From the NCBI GenBank assembly GCA_036172245.1, contig JAYWIR010000083.1:186001-250000 (forward strand): 64,000 nt of DNA, read 5' to 3'. Shown piece after piece: positions 11,765 to 24,127 of this stretch. Both the position numbers and the translations under genes were made by a program. The notes under the pieces are model-generated. The model was not told the DNA's origin, searched no databases, and worked only from the letters and a program-made list of their open reading frames with translations. Numbering within the stretch: position 1 is the first letter of the stretch; each line of letters opens with the position of its first letter. The DNA comes from Raillietiella orientalis. Taxonomy: Eukaryota.

Positions 11765-14299
11765 CTATTACCATCCACCATTCGATCCCATCTACAAGTT
11801 ACATCCAACCTATCCTCTAAACTGAAATTTTAGTGTGCATCCTCGCTCGTCGATCGCTGCGGCTCAGGAGCTGCCGCGCGGAAGTCCTCGAGTTCAAGAT
11901 GCATTTGTGGCCTTCTCGAAAAAACGGGAAAATCTTGAGAGCCATTCAGAGAAGAGCAAATATACTTCGGTTCTGAGTTTCCTGAGGTTTAGGGGATGGT
12001 TTTAACTGTCGAACTGTCGTGACCACAGGAAGGCAGCTTCCCGTTCGTAGGTTGCTGAACGCGCCTCCGTTTGGTGGTCTCTTCAGCGAACCCCAGTCGG
12101 CTTCTTGGAGCAGAAATCACTAAATCACTGAGCAGAAAACCCTGAAGAAATCACTCTCTTTCGAACTCGCCAATAAAAGCTAAAGGGTGATTGAATGATG
12201 AGGCCGATACGAATTTCTCAGGGGATCTGCCTCCGGTATCACACAGACCCTGAGCAAAGGAACAAGAAGACTGCACGTAGGTGTCAGGAAGTGCATCATG
12301 AGTGGCTTCCTGATGTCGGACCTTGAAGAATGGTTGCATTGCGCAGAGACGTATCTGGAAAAAGTCATGAAGCCTTCTTGCGGAAAGAATTCCTCGTCTA
12401 TCTGCCTTCATTGGTTACGGATCCTTTGCATTTCAGATCTCCGAACGAAGGATAGGGGCGGCTTCACGTGCTTCAAGCAGTATTCCCTTACACACAGAGA
12501 TCCCAGTCTTCTCCTGCTTGCAAAGCATTCCAAGTCTCCACGCTGTCCAGAGCTCGAGTGCACGCTGGCAACGGCTATGGATTGGGAGCTACCGAGGACA
12601 CCCAAGGAGAAGAAAGCTGAGACACTTTCCCATTGGGGAGATCCTCCAGCGCGCTATCCTGGAAGGCACCTCCCGTTATTCTGTACGTCGAGATGGGCTT
12701 CCTCAGGTAGGCAAAGAAAAAAACCGCTCTCAAGGAACCGCATTGCAAAAAGGCAGGAAACTTCAGGAAAAAAAAAAAAAATTCATCCGGCGGAAAGAGG
12801 GAGCAGATAACCCGTACCCAAATCGTCGAGATCGGCAAAGATCGGACGGATGGCACGGAGAGAGCAGACCATAAGTGCGCTGCTTGCCAACGAAAGTGAG
12901 CAGCACCAGCAGCGGTAGTGACCAGCGAAATTTTTTCCCACGTGACCACCTCGATTGGGCCAGATGCGTCCATCGTCCGGGACAGAAGAGCCCGTTTTTT
13001 TCCACCTACCGTTTCAAATTTCTCCTCTTCATCCTGCTATTATTTTTATTTTTTCCAGGTTCCATTCTCGGTGGTAATAAACCCCTGGGAAGCAGCCGAA
13101 ATTAATAGCTTCCCATCAGTACGGTACGGAAGGAGGTAATGAGCTCGTAATCTCCAGCACTCCTCCGTCGTCTTTTCCCTTTTGCGAGAGCGAGGGGCAC
13201 CTCCTACCTGTGAAACATCTTCGCAGGTTGGGTCCGTTTCCTCATCTGCCCTGTTGCTACGAGCGGCCCATAAGCTCGCCAAGGCTTTGCGATTCCTTTG
13301 GTGGATGCGCTTGAAGAATGTAAGGATAACATTTAAAGAACCCTTGGAAGAATCTTCTTTGGCAGACTTGCCCATCGGTTTGTCGGCGTCGTTTGTTGGA
13401 TTCATTGCTGAATTTCTGTGCAGGTCACAACCTTGGCGGTCAGTTTGCTGGTGGTGGATTCGCCGGAAAACGCACCGATCGGTTCGCTTCGCGCCATGGA
13501 TCGGAGTTCGCCGCCGGCGGCGAAAATCCATTGGTCACTTTTGCCGTTGCGGCTTTCGTGAATTCCGCGCGCGCATATTCGTTGACGATGCTCGCGGGCG
13601 AATGCCTCATTCACTGAATTCGTTATGGGGGGAGGGGTGGGGGGCGATTGTGAATTCGCTGGTGAATCCGTTCGTGAATTGGTTCGGAAATCGACCGCGC
13701 GGGTTCGCTCGCAGTTTCGTGGGCTGAATTCAGCCGAGAGGTTTTCGGTGCGTTCGTCCGTGAACGGACTGGTGAGCTGAGTCCGAGAAAGGACTTGGGA
13801 ACAGTTTCCTCAGCGGATTTGCATTTTGATAAGGGCTGCGACAGAGATCTGGCCTTGCTCGAGATTCGCGCTCTTCTCGCACCCGCTCCTCAGATGTCGG
13901 AACCTCCGCCACTGTTGGTTTGTGCGCACTCAGCTCTTCCTCCCCCCCTCCCATCCGTGCACAGTGTTTTCTGAGAACCATCAATCAGCCAGGAGCCGCC
14001 GGTACGTGTCTCCGGGTAGAGTGGCGGAATTTATTCCATGGATTAATAAAAGCAGATAATCTTTCATCTCGCGACTGCTGCTGAAACTGAGAGCTAATTC
14101 CAACTGATGGCTAAGGACCACTGGGTCGTCGCTTCCGATGGAGGTGGCAGTCGACAGAGTCCTTTTGCAGAGAAGCGCGTCCGGAAAAACTCCCTCATTC
14201 CTCTTCTACTTTCCCCTGATCCCTTACGATCTCGCTCCACAGTAGACTTGGACACGTGGAGCAATCCAGCGTTTTCCGTCTTGGCATCTCTCATAGCAC

Positions 14300-16200
14300 G
14301 CATCGTCCCTCCCTTTTCCCTTCTCATGGAAGAAGCTTGTATCCCAAGGAAACGCATGTTGATGAGGAATCCCAGAAGGACTTTCCAGGAGAAGCAGCGA
14401 CTAACACAGTGGTCCCTGCCTCTCTTGGTGCCGAATTCTTCCGCGCTTTCCTGCGGGCCGCTTGTAGGCGAAAACACTCCTTCGGGCGCCTTCCAAATGT
14501 GGGGATACAGCGGGAGCGGAAGCCAGTGAGGCATTTTGACATGATGAAGGAGTAGCCAAGGTCTTGGAGAGCTGAGACCATCTTCCAAAACCCATAGACA
14601 TCTGTTTCCTAGCTGTGTTTCAGCCACAAGTGCTCTGTCGCCTGGGAAAGCATCTCGCAGTAGGCGAGTCCCTACGGAACCATCGCGATACTTGCTGACC
14701 GTCTCTTGAGGAACTGGAAATCCTCCTGAGGAACGTGTTCCACCTCTTAAGAACCACCCCTCGGATCTGAAGGATAGAGGAGATGCGATTGAAGTGAGAA
14801 ACAGAAACACTCTGATCAGAGCATCGGTCAGCATCCCGACCCTTGCAATGGCCAATCTCAAGGTCGACTGATGAACTAGGGCTTCCTCGTGTGGAGATGC
14901 AAAGAGAAAACATGGAAAGATCAAGGATATGAACTCCAGATGACGCCTGCAGGCGGGAGAACATCGGCGTGGGCAGTGTGGGTATAGTGGCCATTACAAC
15001 TAGGGTGGGAAATTTCAGAAGATCCAGAACAGCATCAAGGCATTGACACAAGGAAGAGTGTTCTTGCGAATATACGTCTCTCTTGAAGACTTAGACGTCC
15101 TCTGCCAAGTCGAGTCCCGTCCAAGTTGCCCATGAAGAACGCTGGTTCTTGCGTGAGAGAGAACCTCCTGTGCCGAGGTTCCCGAGTCGTGAAGGGGCCC
15201 AGGGGGTCACGCTTCCATCATCCGGGAGAACTTCTTAGAAAGTGCCAACAAGGAGGCCTCTGCAGTCAAGAGACTTTGCAGTCAAGGGTGCTCGGCGTAG
15301 CCGGGAAACCCTCTACCAAGAGAGCAGGTTATGGACCCAAGGGCCTCCAGGAAAGCCTTCCTGCGTTCCCAAAAACCATTGGCCCGACCTTCAGGTGGCG
15401 ATCCGGGGAACCAGGAAAACGGCAATCGAGAACACGAACTCGCTGTCTCTGTGGACTGCGCCCTCAGTAGGGTCAGGGGGTTCCTCTTTGCTGAAAAGAG
15501 CCAGAGACTTCCCGCAGGTTGCGTTCTTACAGGTCACGACCCGATCCGCGTCTCCTTGGAAGCTCATAGGTGGCTCTCTCTTATGGACACCAGGGATTCT
15601 TCATCCGCGGCCGGTGAAGAATGGATCCGCCGCCAAGGTCATCTCTTCGCCCTACGGAGCGCGTCAGAGGCAGCGCTGATGGAATCTCCGGCACCATCTG
15701 GGTCTTCTCCCCGGATCCAGAACACCCGGGTCACGCCGAGCGAAATGGGGAAACGGCCTCCTTCCATCGGGGAACAGGAGGGCCTGCGACGAAGAGAGGC
15801 GTCCGAGTCCTCGGGCAGTTTCTTCAGAGGAAGAGGCGGAGGGTCGGACGGGAGGTGAGCCAGAGCGGAGCACTTTCCTGGCGCCGGGTCCAACCCTACG
15901 GCCGTAAAACGTCATCCCAGGGACGTTTTACGGCCTTGGATGGACTAGGTACCGGTGTTAGCGGCGGCATCCCTTGTGCAATCTTTCCCACAACGCCCTG
16001 TCCCCGCCTTCCCTATTCCGGCCCCTCAACCTGGACCCGCAGCCCGATCTCTCTTCGCAGAATCGGGAGGCGGTCCACTGGGATGAGCCTACAGCCGCGC
16101 CCAGTTTCCGCGATTTTTCTGGGGGCGAGGCCCAGGGCTGCCGTCTGATCTCCTTCAAATCCAAAGGCTCCTGGTGTCGGGACTACCCTTCAACCTGAGC
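14300..16200 (-). mobile_element. Decayed LINE (APE endonuclease, ORF2 linker, possible ORF1 end)
   Basis: AV/TET (E-T motif), FFMGNLDG (GDFNA), PT..HILDLSMFS, SDQ (SDH), WNTF, then RRKARK..SFWD, in the expected order. Confidence 0.55.
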
Positions 16201-17279
16201 TGCTACGGGAAGCTGCTCACTTAGGAAACGCTCTTCGGAGCTCCTTACCAGACGAACACGGGAGGGCGCTCATTCCAGGACATCAAGGAGCACAAGTTCC
16301 CCTCAAGTTGTGAAAATGGAGCCTTTCCTTCCCCTCGGGGTGGGGGGCAGGGGAAGGAGGGGAAACAGGCGACCCTCCATCGCGTACCATGGAGCTAGTG
16401 GATGGATATCCCCTCCAGAGTGACAACAAGAGTGCCGCTTCCTTTGGGGAGAGCCGCTTTGAGGTTCCTTTTGAAGGTGGGAAGTCTCCTACGAGATCAC
16501 AGGCAGGAAGGAGGAAGCTGAATAGTGGGTGGACCATAGGAAAGCTCGTGGACGCTGAGACACCGAGTGCCCTTCCACGACGACTACAGCGCTGGGGCGA
16601 GCTCCTCGGCATTCCTGGCGAAGACCTGGAGTGGCCCCCGGTGGTCGCTCCCTCATGAGCCCTCCCTATGAAGTGGCGGGAGTCGACTCTTTTGCTGCCG
16701 CACTGGGGTCTTCCATGCAACGCCCATGCTAAGTAAGCATATGGTGTCCCAATTCGGGAAAGTAATCAGCGCATGATGGCTAAAGTACTTTGGAAAGTTG
16801 ATTTGCATTTATTATGCAGTGGATGGGTCTACTTTAGTTCATGGATTTCAGACTGGTGACACAGCAAGCACAAAGAGCATTTGATGTTGGAAAATAAAAG
16901 CGATTCATGTACGTATAAAAAGGCTTATGCATCCCCTCTCATTCACATAACTCTGGGGAAAAATAAGGGAAAAGAAATGCAGGCCCACTGAAAGCGCGGG
17001 AAAACACGTATTCCAAGAAACCAACTTGTGATGCAAGTTTTAATTGAAATTCATCCGCACCTAAGAAAGGTGGAAGCACGAATCCTGGTGCTTGCAATGG
17101 CCAATCGAGGCGATTTGAAGAGCAGGTGAGATGGTGAACTCCGAATTCATGAAGAAAGCTTTTCCGAGTTTTGGTAAAGAAAGAAGCAGCATCCATCCAA
17201 GGGCGATCCATCCAATTTTCTGGAGAAACCAATGCTCTTGCAAATGGAGAGCATCGTTCCGATGGGATTTGCAAAATAA

Positions 17280-18400
17280 AGAATATGAATTTCTTGCCTG
17301 TGAAAGGAGCTGCACAGCATTTAGGAAGCAAAATATTGTCAGCGGTGAGAAACCAACAATAAAGTCATCACTCTCGAAAAAATTTGTGTGATGATGAGAA
17401 GGAGAGGTTGCTACATGAATGCCATTTTTTGTGACCAGTGTTCTCGATTCCACGGAAAGAGAAACGGCAGAAGATGAAAGCCGCAGGCTGCAGGGTCCTC
17501 TGTGTGATTCTGTGAACTGGAACACTATCATCTTGGCTATGCTGAAGATGCAGGAGCATCAAAGATTGCCGACGTACGTTCAGGCAGGAAAAGGAAGAAG
17601 TTTTCAGGCTAAGGATAGGAATGTTGAAATGATTGGCGATTAGATGATATCTGAGCAACGATTAGGAATGAACAAAAGCATTGGACTGGAACTGCAAATA
17701 ATGGTTTGATTTCCACTGTACATGTAGCATGTGCTTTGGGGGTAATAGGAAAGATGTGAGGCTCGGTGTCATCAAGCTCACCCTCAAGAAAAAAGCTAGA
17801 ATGCTTGTAGCAAGCTGCGAGTCATTTTAGCCATGTGGAAACAGAAGGTGAGCAGTTCAGTCTTTCAATGTGGGTAGACAAGTATAGGCCTACCAGCAAC
17901 CTGGAAATGGTAGGACAGCAGAGTCTGTTAATAAGCTTCATACATGGCTCCAAAATTGGCAGGAGAATAGGTGGCCTGCCCACAGATCTCTCCATGCATG
18001 CAAGCAGGTCTTAAGGTGGTTTGGTTGCAATTCATTTCAAAAGTATTGTGCCCTTCTGCTTAGGGAAAGCACTGCTACGCAGACTGAATGTTACAAATGC
18101 AAGGTTAAAGCATCCCTTGCAAGCATCGGAAGCACATATTCACACAAGCACAACATTCCCTGATTCTAAAATCTGATGTCTGAGAATATATTTTAGAATC
18201 AGGGAAGAAGAAACCTCAAGCATTGAAGGAAACGGCTCTCTTTTGTAATCGTTTCCTGGCTTTGTGTTTCCACGTGCTGCACAAGAGGAAATGCTCCCTT
18301 GTTGCATGGAATCCCTTGTGTCCCAGCATCCCAAGAAAGGGGGTGCCTCTTATGCAGGGAAGAATCGTTCAGGAGAACGGAGGGAGGAGTGCAAATCCCT
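17280..18400 (+). pseudogene. RFC1: Decayed replication factor C subunit 1 copy (BRCT and start of AAA+ domain), frameshifted
   Basis: Collinear RFC1-like blocks: GAAQHLGSKI (about 17306; cf. GPKALGSKEI), FFVTSVLDSTERETAEDESRRLQG (17425; cf. BRCT FVITGVLESIERDEAKSLIERYGG), EDAGASKIAD, MWVDKYRPTS..VGQQ (17868), SVNKLHTWLQNWQ (17924, shifted frame; cf. ANKLLRWLRNWQ), LNVTNARLK (18084; cf. LNASDTRSK), GGVQ. Multiple stops and frameshifts; Walker A not recognisable. Confidence 0.85.
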
Positions 18401-20330
18401 GCACAGTTGGGTCCTTCGCATTCCTTGCAGTATGCTGGCGAGGTCCTCTGCATGACTTTCCAAGTGGAAGCACCTCGAGCCTACCTGTAAGATCCCGATG
18501 TGGAAATGAGTGACTGCTGCTGTGGAGTCCAAAGCAAGGGGGAAGGTTGCCCGAAGAGGAAGAGAGGGCACTAGAGGGTGCACGAATTATTCGATTTTCC
18601 AGCATGTGGCGCCGTTTGGTTTGGCACTCCCCTGCGTCCTTTATAGCAAGGCTGATGTCCTGGAGGCAACATAGACAGTTCCAAGGAGCAGTCTCTTTTT
18701 GCTAGGATTCCTTCCCTGATTCCTCTACCCGCAGAATGTATGCCCAATTCAATCACACACGAACTTGTTTCAAACTGATTCCTGGTGTTGAGATATTCGT
18801 TCCGACGTGCTCGGCTGCTGCTCTCTCTGCACCACTGTTCCGTGATTTGAATTTCACATCCATGGAAGCTTCGTGAAATAATCTGCTTGCAGGCCCTGCC
18901 GAGCATGAATTCTTGAAAAGCCAAGCGTGGAATAGGGAGAAGGTTTGGTTTCGTGCTTACGATGGAAAGCAGCCTTTCTGCGTATAAGAGAGCCTAAAAC
19001 TCGATTCATTTTCGTGTACATGTGCAGTGTTTTTTGAAAAAATACGTCCACTGATAAAACACTTCGCATGATTCCAATTCTTCTTTGTAAAATAGTCGTT
19101 ACCTAGAAACTAATAGTCATCTATACGCGAACACTTCAATGCTAGACAGTGGATCTTTAGAAGGGAGTGGGCATTGACGAGTCCACTGGGACGCACCTTC
19201 AGAATCATAAGAAGTGTTCAGAAAACTTTCTGGAAGGTACTCCGTTTCGAATAGCGGAGAATCGAAATGCACCAACGGCCATGAAGGAGACATTGGTTTC
19301 AGTCGACGCGACTCCAATGAGCCACGTTTGGGAAATATGATCCATTCCAGGAGTCGGCATGATCCCTAGCCGCGTGGCTGAGCCACACCAAGAATGAGAA
19401 ATGCCAAGTTGTCATTGTAATACTACAAATGGGAAAGATTCCGCGATGCCATGGGCATCACTGGAAGAACGACGAATTCGGAAAGACGATTGCTGAATGT
19501 GCAGTGTCGGCTTTGTGGTGGCTTTGAAGATTCTCGTGGGAACAACGGTTGAACAACGCGGCATGCAAGACGAGCCGTTTGTGGCCGGAAAGTTTTGGCA
19601 CGTGTGGGAGCAACGGAAGTCTGCTGTATTGCCCTCTTGCCCCTGTGAGAGGAACTCTCTGGGACGGCCCTCCGAATCTCGGTTGGCGCCCCCCAGGGAC
19701 GTTTTACAGCTCCTCATTGGGCGGGACATCCTACAGCCAAGTGCAGTTCCAGCAGCGCTTTGCTGCATCAGCGGGACTTTGGCGGCCTGGAGCGAAGCCG
19801 ACGAAGGAAACGGGTGGGACGCAGTCCAGTTCTCAGTTCTCTTCCTGAGCGTAGCGGCCAGGTCGCCCCACCTGGGGGCCTATTCGAACGGAGCTATCCT
19901 GGGAGGGATGCAGAGGACTCCCTCCAATTGACAGTGGCCCCCTCCTAATCCTCCAGAGCATTTTCATTTCTTTTCCTTTTTTTCCCTCTCCCCTCCCTCC
20001 CTCTTGGTTGCCGAGGTGATACCGCCGGTCTGCGCACCGGCGATCGAGAAGGTCAATGGCGTGTGGTCGAACCACGCGTCCCACCACAAAGCGTGAGTGA
20101 GTTTCTTTTCAATTTTAGGAAACGATCCGGTAAGGAGCGAACAGGAAGCAGCTCGGAGAAAGACCTTAGCAGCGAAGGGCTTCCGTCTGGTGGGGAACGG
20201 GAGCGAGCATCCCGACGCTGCCTCTTTCCTTTTTCTCCCTGCTCCTCGGCTTCAGTCTCCCGAGAGCGACGGGCGCATCTGGCGCGAGCGAATACGCGGA
20301 CGGCGACTCCCCTCCTGGAGAGTGCTCCAA

Positions 20331-20386
20331 AGGAGGAGGAGGAGGAAGGGAGGAGAAGGAGGAGGAGGAGGAAGGGAGGAGGAGGA
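20331..20386. repeat. (GGA)n purine microsatellite
   Basis: Imperfect GGA run read directly. Confidence 0.9.
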
Positions 20387-22240
20387 ATGCTCTCGGAAGA
20401 AAGGGTTGGTTGCTATAATGTCAACGTGCCCCCCCCCTCCCTTCCCCCCATCTGCTAGCGCAACCTCTACCACGCCGCAATGCAGCGCGCGGCCACACCG
20501 TGGGGAGGAAGAACAGAACGCGCAGCGCTCGGCGTCAACAGCGGCGGAGGCGTCAGCGTCAGCGAGTCCCCCGCCGCGTGCGCATGCGCGCGCGCGCCGC
20601 CTCTCGCCTGCCGCCCGTGCGGACCATCCGCGCTGCCTGCAGTAGCGCTCCCTGAGGCGGGCCGTGCGGTCTGTGGGTGATCTGTGCGCGCCGCTGCTCC
20701 GGAAAGCCGCGAGCTGGTCGGCGCGAGGCGAAGAGGCGACGCCCGAACTGGAATTCGCCTGGGACCAGACGGAAAAGCAAGAAGAGCAGGAAGACGAAAG
20801 GGAAGGCGGGAATATAAGGGACGCGGAGAAGCGGCAACAGCAGCCTCCATCCTTCTCTCTCTACGGACCTATGCTGAGGAAAAGTGCTTCGTCTTGCCAG
20901 CGCGCGCCCGCCCCGTTGTCGCCCAGGTGACTTCGGGTCGTCGTCGGAAGTGCTCGCGATAGGAACATTTTCCTCCCCCCTCTGTCCCTTCTCCACTCTC
21001 CCTCCATTCCACCCCTGACCATCCACTTCCGACTCCCCCTGGACTGCGTAACAGGAAATTTGGGAGCAGACGAGCGGTAGGAATCCTCTCTTCTCTCTCT
21101 ATCTCTTTCTTCCCGATCCCCCTCCTCCTCCTGCCAGTCCCCTCCCCCCGTCTCTTCCGATGATTGGCTGCTGCTGCTCCGCGCACAGCTGCGCATCGGG
21201 GGTGTGTTCTACAAGCGGGCAGTCCCGCGCAGCCCGAGGCCTCGTCACGAACCCTTCCCTCCCCCGGCGAAAGGGTGCGGCTGCGCACCACCAGGAGGGA
21301 ACAGCGCGAGGTGCGCATCACGCCTCGGTCGCGACCGGCAGCGGAGGAGGCAGCTGACGTCACCCGAGAAGGACTCGGTCCGAGCGCGAGCGCGATGTTC
21401 TCCTGGAAATCTTCCAGGGCCCTCTTCCGCGCGGGAGCCGGCTGGGCAAAGGGAGGGGGGTGCTGGATAATCTCCTGAAGGTCATTCCTCCTCGGCAGCC
21501 GCGTTCCTTCGGCGTCATCTCCCGCCGCTCCGAAACCGCTGGATCGATCACCACCACCACCTTTCAGGGTGTTCGGAAGCGGCGCCAGCTGTCCCCGCTT
21601 GCTTGCTCGCTTCACCCGGAGGCGAAAGGACTCCTACCCTCGCGGGGACCGCTGGGTGGACGTCGTCTCTTGCGCCATCTCTCCTGCCCCCGCGGCGCGA
21701 TTCCACACCAGCGGGTGTGACCTCCGGGGGACGCATGTCCCCCGTCGCGGCCCGCGGGCACCCCGTCTTCCTTTCGAGAGCTCCCGTAAGCGAAGGGAGA
21801 GTCCGTGACTCTCCTTCCCCATCCCCAAGGGCCCCCCGGTCACCCTTTCGCGCTGCGCGCGCGTCACCTAGTGGTCGTCGTCGGCGATCGACCGCGCATG
21901 CGTGAGCGCGCGTTCGCAGCGCTCCCGGCTGCGGGAGCGCCGGTGCCGCGCGTCCCGCTTGTGCACACAGGACGAGGAAGAGAAGGGACTCCTGCTGGTT
22001 ACCTCCGCGTCCTGAAAGGCAGGGGATTCGATCGAGATCAGGGTGCCTCGTACCGGAGCTGTCGGGGGCTCCTTGCAGGGGACGCCGGGATATTCCCCGA
22101 TTCCCCCGAGACGGTTGCCAGGAATGCGAGCGTCCCCTTCCCGAGTTGTCATGTCAGCGGATGGTGAAGGAAGGCAGCGAGCCAGTCATCTCCGGGCCCC
22201 AGCCCGCGTCTTCACGCTCCCTGAAACTTCCGCCAGCGCT

Positions 22241-22385
22241 CCTTCCCTTCCTCCCTTGCTCCTCCTCCTTTTCCTCTTTTCTTCTTCCTCTTTCCTTTCC
22301 TTCCTCCTCTTTTCCTTGCTTTTTCCTCTTTCTCCATTCCTCCCTTTATCCTCCTCCTGTCCTCCTCTTCCTGCTATTCTTCCTA
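22241..22385. repeat. CT-rich low-complexity pyrimidine tract
   Basis: About 145 bp of almost pure C/T. Confidence 0.85.
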
Positions 22386-23902
22386 CCTTGAAGAAGCACT
22401 CTTTCACTGCTACCATTCTCTATCGCTTCTGCCCAACCGCAGGCGCACTGCTGCCTGACTGTCATCCGCGTAAGGCAGCAGGGACTTGCCGTACGCATCC
22501 TCATCCCTGCGTGCATCTCTCGGGGAGATGCATGAGACTGCATAGCAAGGTGGCCATACCCCCCCCTTCCCCTCCCCTCCGTTGGCGGATGCAGAAGCTC
22601 CTTTCTCGTCGCTGACACCGGGGTCGGTTGGTGTGGTCGCCCCGGTCGCTCGTCTTCGCTCCGGGGCGGGCGTCGGCGCATCCTCCTCCCGAGGAGCATC
22701 TGGAGCGTGCGGGTGCTGGGCGAAAAACGCAACCGCCAGGCCCTGCCTCTTCCCTGAACCCTACGGTTGCGTCCCCTCCGACGATCCTCGCCTCTCCCGG
22801 GCGCGCAGAGGACGCTGAGCGAGGACCGGGCTGTGGACTCTTTGTCGAGGAGATAACCCGGGGAGGAGGAGGGAGAGGAGGAAGGATCCCATGCTTCCGT
22901 CTGGGAGTCTCGGCTTCGCGCCGAGACTCCCAGACGTGATGGACGGGCGAACGGGCTGCTGCTGCTGCCGTCCCGCCCTCTCCTTGCCCTCGCCCGGACG
23001 CGTTCGTCTCCCGCGCTTTTCCCACCGCCGCTTCGGGCCCGCGCATCCGAGATCCCGGCAACCTTCTCAGCGCGAATGGCTGCGCGGCGGCCTCCTCCCC
23101 ACCGGACGCTCTCCCGGGACCGAGCCACGGGAGGTCGGGAAATCCCTCGCGCGTCCGGGACGCCGGCCGTCGACGGTGCTGCCCCCTCCTCCTCAACTTA
23201 ATTAGACGTCTCCTCGTCAGCCACCCGCGAGAGCTTCACCTCTTCCGGCGCAGCGGTTCCTCGCGTCCCCCTTCGCCCCCGCTGTCGGAGGGCGGCCAGG
23301 TTTTCTTTTTTTTTCCTTCCTTTTCCAGAGGGGCGCTGCCCGTCCTTTTCGTAAGCGAAGAGGTGGAAGGAAAGTGAAAGTTAACGATTTCCCCGACGCA
23401 GAGGCACGGGTTCTCCGCGGAGCAGAAGTCTCTTTCTCTCCTAGCCCTCGCCAGCCTGCTCTTCGCGATCCCGTGCACGCGATGGCTCTCCCGCCGCCGC
23501 GTGCGTTCTCGTCGGCGTCCTCTCCCCATTTCCGAAGGATGGATGCGTTGCGGACGCCCCCGGAGAGTTCTCGGCGCGGCGTCCGCGGACGAGTCGCAAG
23601 AGGCTGCCCTCCCTTCTCCTATTCCTGGAGCTCGCCGAGTTCCCTCCATCTTCCCGGCCGTCTCGCCGAAGAGGGCAGAGCGCGCGCATGGGAGGCTGCG
23701 GGGAGTGCTGGGCTGGGGAGGGAAGAGGGAATTGTTTCGATTGCCGGACTTGCCTCCCCGAGCTGATCCAGGGGCTCTTCGCGCGCGCGGGCGAGCCCGC
23801 GCACGCGCGATCATGCAAGACTCACAGGCGCCGTGCCACACTTTCCCTCCGCCTCACGCGATCGCGCAAACAGCCGCTCGTTTTCACTTTCGCTTGGCTT
23901 CG

Positions 23903-23910
23903 TGACGTCA
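23903..23910. promoter_or_regulatory. Full palindromic CRE (TGACGTCA); a second one is at 21355-21362
   Basis: Exact CREB/ATF consensus about 1.8 kb upstream of the ATG and close to a candidate 5' exon; function untested. Confidence 0.35.
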
Positions 23911-24057
23911 CCCAAGGAGAACTCCGTTACGGCTGTTTTGCCTCGGCGCGTGAAGAGCGAGGCAGACGGTAGAGGCGGCTGGCTGAAGTGAAATCGAAGA
24001 AGGGCGTGACGCGCGCGCCCCGAGACGCAGCAGTGTGTGGTTCGCTTGGCGGCGGCG

Positions 24058-24127
24058 GTTGCTGCTAGTTGTCGTTGCTCTTGTTGCTGCTGCTGTTCTT
24101 GTTGTTGTTGTTGTTGGTGGTGGTGGT
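24058..24127. repeat. Compound (GTT/GCT/GGT)n microsatellite
   Basis: Read directly; lies in the candidate 5' exon. Confidence 0.85.

Noticed and set aside
11765..11830. Mitochondrial tRNA-Trp expected after ND2
   Set aside because: AAGTTA..AAC is suggestive, but I cannot identify a TCA anticodon arm.
12280..12560. Possible pogo/Tigger DDE fragment (SGFLMSDLEEW..EKVMKP)
   Set aside because: Too few collinear motifs to support a call.
17131..18513. Functional RFC1 gene
   Set aside because: Frameshifts and stops fall within conserved blocks, Walker A is missing, and no C-terminal region was found.
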